From Laetmonice hystrix (Eukaryota), in NCBI GenBank assembly GCA_965235115.1, contig OZ249436.1, positions 12,216,001-12,276,000 of the forward strand: DNA of 60,000 bases, given 5' to 3'. Positions 1-24,244 of the stretch are shown here, one piece after another. Below the pieces are notes generated by a model that had not been told where the DNA came from, ran no database searches, and was given only the letters and a program-made list of their open reading frames with translations. Numbering within the stretch: position 1 is the first letter of the stretch; every line of letters begins with the position of its first letter. Both the position numbers and the translations under genes were made by a program.

Positions 1-32
1 AAACCCCAAAGGCATATCATGACTTCTCTTTT
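1..32 (+). ncRNA. 3' end of a Y RNA-like Pol III gene (copy 0), truncated by the window start
   Basis: CCAAAGG-catatca-TGACTTCTC-TTTT at 6-32 matches the 3' half (upper-stem strand, TGACYTC stem strand, T4 terminator) of the seven complete copies downstream. Confidence 0.6.
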
Positions 33-1338
33 CATCAAGCAAAAGGCTTTATTGCAATTTGAACGTTGATCAATACATCCCCCCCCCCCCTCCCACCACC
101 ATGTCCCTTCCTTTCTTATCCTCACGTCATTAAAATGTTGCTTACCTAATTAATAAAATATCACTTTCCTAAAACATTTTCTCACTGTCTTTTACCAATC
201 GAGGATAAGCCCTGATTTGTTGTGACTGACGATCAGAATATTTGGCTGCCGGAACCTTGGGAAATGATCCACTGAGCCACACCAGGCAGGGTAATCCATG
301 TTGTACTCAATAACCCCGTACAGCATACAGTATGGAGAGGTGGGGCCCAAACATACAAGATCAATTGGACTCGCTCCTCGTCCAAACGTACCTCAAGTCG
401 CCATCCGCTATCTCTTCTTCATAACTTGACATCCATTTGATATAAAGAGACAGTAATAATAACTAAGAATCCGAATGTTTTAAATCTGTCTTTCTCCCTT
501 TCTTTCTTTCCTTTCCTCCTTTATTCGCTTCCTTCTTTTTTTATTGCCCCTCACCAATCTGTTTGAAGGTATGAGATAAAGCCCCTACACTGTACAGTGA
601 ATATACCTCTGACGAGAGGAGTACAGTGTACAGAGGCCTCGATAGTTCCCAAAGTTCCCTGTAGGTGTCCCAGACTCCAACCTTTGAGCAACACGAGGCG
701 GTTGCAGCCTCTCTCTACCTGCCTTCAGTTAGCATAGACCTTACAGAGACATGACAAATTCCTTGTATACATTTTAATGTCGGTGGCTGGAGGTATACAT
801 GAGATTTATCGCCGCCCAACAAGTCCGGCTCGTTGGTATCCCGCCCGCCCGCCCGCCTCGCCACCCAGCCACTGGCCATCCTAAGGTGGACATGATTCTG
901 ATAACTCCGGTGCACTCCTACCATCTGGCTTGGAGTTCATGTTTACAATCGTGTCAACTCCAGCTGTCAGTACCAGATACACCCCCATTCCTTCCAGCTG
1001 TTCAACCATAGAGTATACTCAATGGTTCAACCGACTTCCCCCTTGCACCATCCGTGTCCTTCCCCACACTACATCGTTTTGTGCACTTCACTGTGATGAT
1101 ACAATTCGCGGTTGCCATGGCAACCCCCGAAGCCCCCTCTCTCTCGGTTTCCACCATGTTGATCGTCTTCAGAAATACGCCAACAAGACAGACAAAATCG
1201 GCACAAAGGCGCACTTTGTCTTGGGATCCGTAAACCGAGCATAATTAAAATGTTCACCATTGTCTAAGAGTCTGTCCTTGCTGAAGTACATGCCAAGAAA
1301 CCGTACCTGAGCAGCGCGGATCTTGACCAAACGGTCGG

Positions 1339-1398
1339 GTTATGTTAATGAGACTGCCAGGGCAGAGTGAGCCGGAGATGGTGAGGTGGGTTTATAAG
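1339..1398 (+). promoter_or_regulatory. Type-3 Pol III-like promoter (PSE-like element plus TATA) of copy 1; equivalents precede all seven complete copies
   Basis: A degenerate TAATNAGA(C)TGCCAG-like motif ends 59-63 nt upstream, and a TATA box starts 28-32 nt upstream, of each RNA start. Confidence 0.65.
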
Positions 1399-1420
1399 TA
1401 GGGGCACCTTCTCTCAGATC

Positions 1421-1531
1421 GGGAGGTCCGGAACCATTGGGCCCCCATGCTTCTGCATGAGATTACTTCTCTAGTATCCCATAGCTGTGTCTGGTCATTG
1501 TGCCCCCAATGGTGACCTTGACTTCTCTTTT
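1421..1531 (+). ncRNA. Y RNA-like Pol III small RNA, copy 1 (~111 nt)
   Basis: TATAA at 1393. 5' GGGAGGTCCGGAACCATTGG pairs with 3' CCAATGG-tgacct-TGACTTCTC, followed by TTTT. Upstream element TAATGAGACTGCCAG ends at 1360. Confidence 0.85.
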
Positions 1532-2344
1532 ACTATCATACTGACAACCTAAACGGTTTCACGCCGTAGAGATTTGGTTTTAACCCCTTGATTTATTAAA
1601 GGTTCATATACCTGACCAACGTATGCTTTATTTCAGATGAAACCAGAGATGTCGGTACATTACATGAAAATTAGACTTACTGTCTGTCAGATCATCTGCA
1701 AAATGTTGATACTATCTGCCATATATGTCTATCATTGTTTCACCTATAAAATTGCATATCTTATTTATAGGTCTAGAAAATGACAGGTAAGGACAGAATA
1801 TCCCTGTCCTTATCTCTAAGTTTTCAATTGTGTCAGAACTAAATTGTATGTTAATAAAAAAAAAATCAATAATCCAATCAGTCAGAAAGCCAGTAGGACG
1901 TCCACTGGCTGGGTGTTAGATTCCTGCCACTGTCGGTGACCGAGACCACCACCCAGCCTCTGCTTCCTGCCGTCTGATGCTGCCAAACCCCGGCTGTATG
2001 CCGGTCGATCTGCCGGTACCACTCCCTGGTTCAGTCCTCGCCATCTCTCAGCCACTTTTTCCACCTGAGACGCTCAGTCAGCCATTGCTTCACTCATAGA
2101 ACACTGAACATATCCACGCACCTTCCATATAGCCACATAATAACCCCTAACGTCGCTGATAGCAAGTTTGTAAAAATGTGAATTTCTAATGGCAGCGTTC
2201 TGAGCGAGCCAACCATACGATTTCCTCAAGGCGTACACCTGAATCAAGCTAACCAAAGCCCGTGATATGATAATGAGATGGCACTGATGTTGGAGGGAGA
2301 CTAAAACAGTCGGTATATAAGAGTGGAAGGGCCACTACTCCACT

Positions 2345-2445
2345 GAGGAAGTCCGGAACCATTGGCGACTTATGCATGCTATTAATTTCCCAGTAAAACA
2401 TAGACATAAACATTGTCCGAATGGTGTAACATGACTTCCTCTTTT
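2345..2445 (+). ncRNA. Y RNA-like Pol III small RNA, copy 2 (~101 nt)
   Basis: TATATAA at 2314. GAGGAAGTC pairs perfectly with GACTTCCTC (compensatory changes relative to other copies). CCGGAACCATTGG...CGAATGG upper helix; TTTT terminator. Confidence 0.85.
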
Positions 2446-2940
2446 GGAAATTGTGTTCACAACCCCAAATATACTTGGGCTGACCGTACAGATTATCAAA
2501 TCTGTTAATGTTTTTCAAAAGGTCATTTTGTATTGATTGTGCTGGCCAATGGTTGTAAAAATGGCATCTATCGCCCTATGATTCATAGTGTAAAGGTTAT
2601 GCACATGCAGCACATACATTAATTATTTTATCCTTTTTTTAACCTTTATCTTAACCTTTTACAGTACAGCAATACATATAATGCTAATTTCTTTTTTTTT
2701 TTGGTGGGGGGGGGGGGGGGTGTTGTAAACAGTTCCTGGAGAAATGTTTATTGGTGTTGGACGTTGTTTACCCATCAACTAGAGACCAAACATTCGGTTG
2801 GCAGTTGTAGAAACGAGATGTCATACCTGGTGCACGCACATAACGTTTTTATCATTCAAGGTTGCATCCTCGGGCTGATAAAGTTAACTTTTGCCACGTC
2901 TCACAATGACATACACTGATATATAATGCTATAATAAAGC

Positions 2941-3150
2941 CAGTGCTGCCAGCTGGATTTGACCAAAAAAGTATAGAATTTTTCAAGAGAAAAGTATCCA
3001 AATTGTCGAGACAAAGTATTAAAAAAGTACATATATGTATTATTTAAAAAGTATTTTTTTAAAGTATTTGCACCTGAAAACGTATGAAAAAAGTAGTTTT
3101 GCTCGTAAAAAGGTATAATACTTTATAAAAGGTATAAAGTGGCAGCACTG
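2941..3150. mobile_element. MITE with 6-bp target-site duplication
   Basis: TIR CAGTGCTGCCA / TGGCAGCACTG, flanked by TAAAGC on both sides; internal AAAAGTA repeats. Confidence 0.7.
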
Positions 3151-3889
3151 TAAAGCACTTTGAGCTGTATATTTCATCTTTGAATCAACACTTCTCTAAA
3201 GTTTGCTGTATAACCCTTTTGACCATCACAGGCTGGAGCGTCCATCTCCTACAGGCCTGTTCGTTATTGAACGAAATCCTCTAACTGCCTTCTTCACATC
3301 TTGGTGGCCAGTGTTCCCTCGAGTTTATAGCACTAGTTCAAAATTCTAATGAAGCAGTGATGAAAGAGGGAGTTAGAAAACAGATGGAAAAACATACAGT
3401 AGCCTTGGAATAACAGATCACAGATGTAAAACCCGGTATAGAGAAAAACTGATCAGACAACCAAACCTGACCATCTCCCTATTGGAAGCAATGGATAATA
3501 TGAAAGTATCGTCAATCTGAGTCACCCCCCACCCCCGACCCCACCCACACCCACACCCTCCCCATTCTTTCAGCTGACTCACTGATTCAACACTAACAAC
3601 TCCAACGGCCTCATCAGGAACTGCTCGGACCCACTGGCATAGCAACTAGGTCTATTCTAATATTTTCTCCAAAATGAACCTAAATAGAAAACCATCTCTT
3701 TCAACACTCTCACCAAAAGTCGCATAAAAGTTCCTCCTTCTGATCCATTATTTACCAAGTGTTTTCCATTAATTAAAGCCTGAGAAAACGTCAATGATAA
3801 CTGTGAATAATGATAATCATTGGGCAGCGTGTGTGAGTGACGTGACGGTGGTGGGGGGTATATAATACAGGAGATGGCAGAATGTGTCA

Positions 3890-4106
3890 GAGAGGTCCGG
3901 AACCATTGGCCCCGGCAGGCTACTCTATGCAAGGCTCTCCGATAAGGCCCCCTGATACTGACTGATGATACTGCCTCTGGTGCTAAACAAAATGTCAAAA
4001 ACTACAACTGACTTGAAGTACACGAACGAAAAGACACTCCCTGAATGTAGCGGCAAATAGGGCACTAATACCGTGGGGGAAAATGGAACCTCAGACCTCT
4101 CTTTTT
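3890..4106 (+). ncRNA. Y RNA-like Pol III small RNA, copy 3 (~217 nt)
   Basis: TATATAA at 3859. GAGAGGTC/GACCTCTC stem; CCGGAACCATTGG...AAATGG; T5 terminator; no internal T4. Confidence 0.8.
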
Positions 4107-5223
4107 CTCTATTTGATAGCGTTCTCTATCTGATAGTGTTCTCTATCTGACAGCTTGCGTTGCTGTGACGGAAAGTGAAAAAATCAAATTAATGCGCAAC
4201 GAATCTTTGAGGTTTCCAGCAATGGATTTCTTCTTCGCAGCATATATTTACTTATACTTAAGTTTACTCTGCTAATTCGCACTAGTTAAAGCTTCACAAC
4301 AAAAAGAATGGCATACACCAGACCCTCTTCTTCCAATCGCCAGGAGGTTTTCAATTTGAGCAAATACACGACCGGTGTGGCGCAACAATGAATATCATAT
4401 TTCGACATGTTTGTTTAACCCCGAACACACATTTTCTCCCGAAATGAAACACTGAGAGCTGCACAACTTTCAGTCTGGCGACACGCGGGTATCAATAGAT
4501 TTCCGCTTAGCAGGAGCAAGTGGCGCCACCTCGCGTGAAATTCTTGTTCTAATATTTTCAAACCTTTTTCATTACGTTTGAAGAAAGTTTTTCTATTGGT
4601 TTTATTCATCTATTTGTTCAAATATACAATATAGGGGGGGGGGCTACTTATTAATCAACTTACCTACTTATTCAGCTACTTATTCATTTTAATTATACTC
4701 ATGCATTCAACCCTCCTGCCCCATCCATGACCGTATAAACTCCAAGTGCTCTTACAAAACTTGCGTCCACTGAATGGCCTTTGGACGTTATCCGTGCGTT
4801 ACCCGTTTCTACCACTAGGTGTCAGTGCCATGAAGCGACATCTAGTGTTATCCTCAGGTACCCGGAATTCCCCGATGTGTAATCGACGGGTATGATTCAC
4901 AATTCTCCGGGAAGCCCGGAATTCCATGCCGATGCTGACTCAACCCTCAGACCATCGATTCACAGCAATGTCTTTATCAGAAGACCTATACCGACAAAGA
5001 ATTGCTGCGTTTATTGGAAAATCGGCATAGTATGTAAATATAAGCCACACTAAAATATGTTCAAAACTTACACTGTCCCGATGCTCTTAAAAATTCAATA
5101 ACAGTTTTGATGTAGACTTCACAATATGTTACAAATGATTTCCAGAATTCTAATTACTATCCAGTGGGTCGGGTGTACCATGGCGGTGAGATACTATAAA
5201 GCATGAGTGAGGCACTTCTAACT

Positions 5224-5417
5224 GGAAGGTCCGTGCCCATGTTCTGGACGGTTGTGCATACCACATTGAAAGTGAAAGTATGAAGAATCACGTTGTAGAG
5301 ATGTTCTGTCCGTACGTCTGTCTGTTGTACCCTGTATAAGTTGCGGATTGAGTTTCAACTTGCCCACAGTTTCGTCTGACAACTGACGCCAGCATGGGGA
5401 ACTTGACTTTCCTTTTT
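5224..5417 (+). ncRNA. Y RNA-like Pol III small RNA, copy 4 (~194 nt, divergent)
   Basis: TATAAA at 5195. GGAAGGTC-CG...CTTGACTTTCC-TTTTT. Upper helix covaries to CCCATG/CATGGG. Confidence 0.8.
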
Positions 5418-6097
5418 ATGATAAAATATCATCCGTCTTTACACTCACAGGAGTATAATAAAGTCACTTAATTGAGCAATGTGATGCAATGATAAGAGTG
5501 AATCCAGGATGCTGGAATGGAGGGGGTTCTTCTTCTTCATCGTCTTTTTTTTAAATGTTCTTTTGTTGCTTGTACGTTTTCTTCTTTTTAACAGCGTTCA
5601 CGTTGGATTCGCTGCGCAACCACCAGAGCCCCCTGGCGTGCGTGGAGGAAGGTGAGTTTGACCCGATTGGCGGCGGTCCAGGGTGCACTGACTGGGAGCT
5701 GAGGTGGGAGGCAGTCCGAGGCCAGACAAGCTCAGTCAGTCCACCAGACGGGCGGTGGTGGGTGCATCCTCCCTGCTCTCACTACCCGCTACACCCGCTA
5801 TACTCCTGGCTCCCACCCCCACCCCACCCCTATGCCAGGCCTCACACCTGAATTTCCCCTCAGCTTAATCATTTTCTCATTTTCTAGCAAGCCAAGTCGT
5901 TTGATTCTAAAATAAGCTAAATCAAAATCTGCCAAAAAGCATTATCCTTGAATTTGCAAAAGACTGCCGAGATACGCATAGCTATAGTTGCAGATATCCT
6001 ACCCAAAGGGTTCTGGATTTCACATTAGATGCCAGCGGATGGTAAGTGCCAGGCTCCGTGGCAGGTATATAAGTGGGTTGGAGAGACTTAGTAAGTG

Positions 6098-6276
6098 GGG
6101 AGGTCCGGAGCCATTGGCCGTGAAAGCAACAGCCCCCAGGGTAGGGTGGTGTATGTCGAATGATGAACGCTTCCCGAATGTGGTGCTAGAGAACCCAACA
6201 CTGAAGCTAAGCTTCCCAACTAGAAAAATGATTCTAAAATATGTGAAACTTCAATGGCAAGCTTGACCTCCCTTTT
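6098..6276 (+). ncRNA. Y RNA-like Pol III small RNA, copy 5 (~179 nt)
   Basis: TATATAA at 6066. GGGAGGTCCGGAGCCATTGG...TCAATGGC-aagc-TTGACCTCCC-TTTT. Confidence 0.85.
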
Positions 6277-6703
6277 GAATTGCCTTTTGATCAATCGATG
6301 TATTTATCAGACTTCCTGATAACTTTTAATTTTCTTTAATATATGACTATTTCTTTACCTAAATTTTACCCCCCCCCCCCCCCCAACTCAGCCTGTTTTA
6401 TTCCCTGCATTTTTCTATACTATAAGTACCTGGTTGATTATTGCATGTGCATGAAAACAGTTTGACTTTGGGGAAGAAAATGTTGGAGAAGCCTAACTCT
6501 TCGAAGTCAAATTCCAGCTATGATTCTCAAAGCCAAAGATAATGATTCCTAACAATTTATTCACCTGAGCCAAAACTGTTAATGAAAAGTCTACACAAAT
6601 TCTCAAACAGGGCGTCGGGTGGGGTCAAAAGTTACCCTCCACTCAGTCCTGATGCAGGCTGATCCCTCGCCCTCCAACAGTTTGCTAATCAGACTGGGCA
6701 CCT

Positions 6704-6860
6704 CAGGGCCGTAACGGGGGCGGGTCTGTACCCCCCACCCCCACCCCCGGTGCCAAAGAAAGAAATTCATTGGTCATACGGTGCTCGCTTCGCTTGCACT
6801 TTACACAATTCCGCCCCCCCCCCCCCCCCCCCCCCCAATAAATCTCTGGCTATAGCCCTG
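6704..6860. mobile_element. Non-autonomous DNA transposon remnant (hAT-like ends)
   Basis: CAGGGCCGTA...TATAGCCCTG imperfect terminal inverted repeats with poly-C subterminal tracts. Confidence 0.45.
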
Positions 6861-7849
6861 CAACTTGCCATTCTACCGGACATTCCTAACGCTTGAACAG
6901 ATTTCTTTTTTATTATACGTCTCGATTTTTTTTGTACACAAACGTACTACGACATATCCTCGCACGTTTACTTAGGTCCACGTGCGTTGCAACGACAGCT
7001 TCACTGTCGTATCGATCTGTCGTCCCGGCCTCTGACGTCACACCGCCTGGCGGGAGTTATGTTAATGAGATGACTCATCCAATGGGAGCACGCGGCCCCC
7101 GATCCCCACCCGTTACCATGGCGTGAGGCAATGTTTACCAACAGCCATTACCGCACGTGTGCCATGTGAACGCTATCATAGACCAGCCTGACAAAATCAC
7201 TCAATTTAGCTGCTTTGTTTTTTCTCGGCTCTCACTACAATATTCTACCCCTGAATGAAATATGCGAGTCCGGCTAAATGATAATGATCAACAAAATAAT
7301 TGTTGGTTACTTTTCTTCCAATATGGGATTTTTAAAGAGAAAACAAGATGGTAACATCATGACTGGTTTCCGTAAAAATCCTTATCTGTCCTTGAGTTTT
7401 GGGAGTAGAAACAAGTTGGCCAGCTCCAGGACTGTGACATCCCATGGATCGTCTCATTAACATAGATTTACCGACATCTCCGGGAAACCCCATCACTTAC
7501 TGACTCATGACTGCAACTATTCTCTCCTTCTGCAATGTCTGTCCTTTCTGACTCAGCTAACAGTCCGACAAAGGATGACTAAAATGGCAGTAGACCTTCT
7601 CTTCAAACCACAATATATGGGAATTCCCCCTAAAACACAAGACATTTGAATTTGTCTTCCAAAACTACGTTAATCAAACACTGCAAAACTTTCTGTGCAA
7701 CCTATCAATATAAATATTACCGCTGAGGACGCGATATAACGGGAGAACATCTTGTACCAATGGTCGGGTATGATGATGTGCTGCCAGTGAACCAAAGGTA
7801 CTCGCATCCTTGGTTGGCATATAAGGCGATCCGTGGTACCACACAACAA

Positions 7850-8169
7850 GGGAGGTCTGGAACCATTGGCCCTAGGGTTGGAACGGGAACACCACTAGCT
7901 ACCTATATGTTATCATTGTCTTCTATGCACAAACGTTACATTCCACTGGGTAAATCATGCCTGAGAGAGCTGTGCCTGCCCCTTGAATGTTTCCCTGAAA
8001 CCCCCTCTGTGCCCCCCCTCCCCGTGCCTGACCAGTATGAATGTCTACACCCACGTCCGACCAACCAAACACCTCACCATCAACTTCCACAGTGCCTTCC
8101 AAAGCACCGAATGGTCTTCCTACTGAATCAGTGATGGACAAGGGTCAATGGCCCTATGACCTCCCTTTT
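7850..8169 (+). ncRNA. Y RNA-like Pol III small RNA, copy 6 (~320 nt, long loop)
   Basis: CATATAA at 7818. GGGAGGTC/GACCTCCC stem; CCATTGGCCCT pairs with AGGGTCAATGG; TTTT terminator; no internal T4 over 320 nt. Confidence 0.8.
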
Positions 8170-9345
8170 GCTCTCAGTAAAGCGAGTTTGAGAGAAGACA
8201 ATGCAACACAACAATCTCTTACTTCTTAGCTTTTTCTCCCTGGCGATTCAACTATTGTCCAATTTTCAAACTTTAATTTTTCCAATTTGAAAGAACCTGA
8301 AGTAGGATGTTGTAGGATGTCTACATCACTGAGATTTGATTACTGATACGGGACTCGTATCATCTGTGTTTCCAGACTTTGCGTCTTGCTAAACTTTCTT
8401 AAAGGCACTCCAAATACCAGAACCTGATGAAGGCTCCTGGAATCTTGAGCGTGCCAACCCAGTGATTTAAGCCTATATCTGAGTATGTCCCACGTAACAG
8501 TCGGCAGGAACTGTTCCCGATTCAATGGGCCAAAGACAGCTACATATGCAGTTACGGGGTACCTTATAGCAAATCCAACACCTCTTGGACTATAAACCGA
8601 AGAGTGGTTATAATATCGGTTACTGGATGATATGCTGACTATTACCGCATTGGAAACACCTCCAACGAGTCACAGAAGGTAGTTTCCTATTGATAGAAGT
8701 CCTCCAAAATGAGCCGCACCTCTGCCCACTAGTCTATGCAGGACGACACATAGCGCCGGGTTGACTGCTGACTGCCGCAACCTGGCCATTCTCAAGCACC
8801 TGTTACATGGCAACTATCTGACACTACTCCTCCACTTTCCATAACAGACCTGGCCATATAACTTTATAAGGTAATAAAGTAATAATTTCACGCAATAAAT
8901 AATGTGGACATTACGCTTGAACTGAATCACTAAGGCTTTTTTTTTTATCTCTAATGCAGTACCGTATATAGCATGTTATCAGTGGAAGTTTATTTTCAAC
9001 AGTGACCCATAAAATATTACTGTCCACAAAGTCGGCAATTCCTCCCTCACTATGAGCCCTACCAAATCCAATTAATTCTCACACTGACACAGCCAGATGT
9101 CAAAACCGTCATGATCTCTGGCTGGATATTTTCACCTATTCTACCCCTTATATACTGATATTTCTGTTCTATGATTTAATGAAAATGTCAAGAAAAGTCT
9201 GGGCTTTTGATGGATGAAAAATGACGCCCAAACACCTGGCCAGTGTCCAGTTCATGTTGTATTAAGTGTTTCATCTATGCACACCAGCTGGGAGTTCAGC
9301 CTGGAGACAGTGACTATAAAAGGCAGTTCTCTCATACACAACAGT

Positions 9346-9440
9346 GGGAGGTCCGGAGCCATTGGATAACCTGATCCCTGTTAACAAAAACTTCACCTCT
9401 ATTCCAATCAATTACCCAATGGAGACTTTGACTTCCTTTT
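9346..9440 (+). ncRNA. Y RNA-like Pol III small RNA, copy 7 (~95 nt)
   Basis: TATAAAA at 9315. GGGAGGTCCGGAGCCATTGG...CCAATGG-agact-TTGACTTCC-TTTT. Confidence 0.85.
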
Positions 9441-10408
9441 GTGACTTCAATCTTTGAATATTGCTTTGCCATGAAAAAGCATGACTTTGCACATAGATAC
9501 TATTCCAAATGAATTTTAGCATACACGGTATCAGAAAGAGAGGAATAATGTATCATTTATGAATTTTCAAAAAATGATAAAGAGTTACATGTATATCTTT
9601 TAGGGAAAAACTTTGAGGAGTGAGGTGGGTTGTGGGTTTTTGTCAATACATGTAATATTTTTTAGCAAAGGCAGAAATAAAGTACACCGTACATGTACTT
9701 TATAATGAACCCACTCATCAAAACTTTTAACAAGAATTATCTTTCTCCTCATTGGTACGATGGTCTCAGGAAAAAAAATTAAGATTTTCCGATTGTTACA
9801 TAAAAGCTAGAAGAGCCCTTCTATGTCGCTTCTGATAAACTCAGTTAGAATGAACAGCCAACAACATCTACAACCTTTACACTAGTGTTGTGGCTCATTG
9901 CACCTATTGCCCTGGTACAGTGTACATGTATAGGAATGCGTCGCAGACGATATTAATACCTGCTCAAATCACCAGGTGGCAGCAGCGTACCACGCTGTTT
10001 CTCACAATCTTTGTGGTCAAATTATAAACAATTTGCAGTTCAATACCTCTGACTTTGGAGATTCCGCCTTATGGTTTCTACAGCTACCTTTATCTATACA
10101 CGGTATACCAGTGTCACTAAATACCAGACAGAGGGTTAGAACTTTTACAAGAAGCTGTATTTGTGCTATGATGCTATGAATGTGTTTGTTGAAGGTCCCA
10201 CTGATGCTATATATCTAGAACATAGAAGCCCGATTATCTCTGACCCTCACAAATCACCTGGTGCACAAAAACATGTTACGTCCAATTAAAACCCGATTCA
10301 TATTACAAAGCAAAATCAGTACACACAAGGGCTACAATTCAATAAAAACTCTTAACAGTTTCTAACTCTTCAGTATTCTCTGGTACTTGTGTAATGTGGT
10401 GTACTTAC

Positions 10409-24244
<13,836 letters not shown>

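Noticed and set aside
244..438. GGCTGCCGGAACCTTGG ... CTTGACATCCATTT as an additional Y-like copy
   Set aside because: No TATA or upstream element at the expected spacing, mismatched stem and only T3. At best a decayed pseudogene.
631..700. Minus-strand LGTIEAS as the missing POLR3A LGIEAAR exon
   Set aside because: Flanking residues do not match RPC1 and no suitable splice sites were found.
4861..4930. CCCGGAATTCC motifs resembling the family 5' end
   Set aside because: No TATA, no complementary 3' strand and no terminator; more likely transcription-factor sites or chance.
7760..8229. ORFs overlapping copy 6 (and the 5988-6266 ORF over copy 5)
   Set aside because: No protein similarity recognised; better explained by the ncRNA genes.
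1421..9440. Interpreting the repeated GGAGGTCCGGAACCATTGG motif as a CRISPR array or as 7SK/vault/miRNA genes
   Set aside because: Eukaryotic context, kb-scale irregular spacing and individual promoters/terminators exclude CRISPR. No 7SK GATC motifs or vault internal A/B boxes were seen, and the stems are too short and interrupted for pre-miRNAs.
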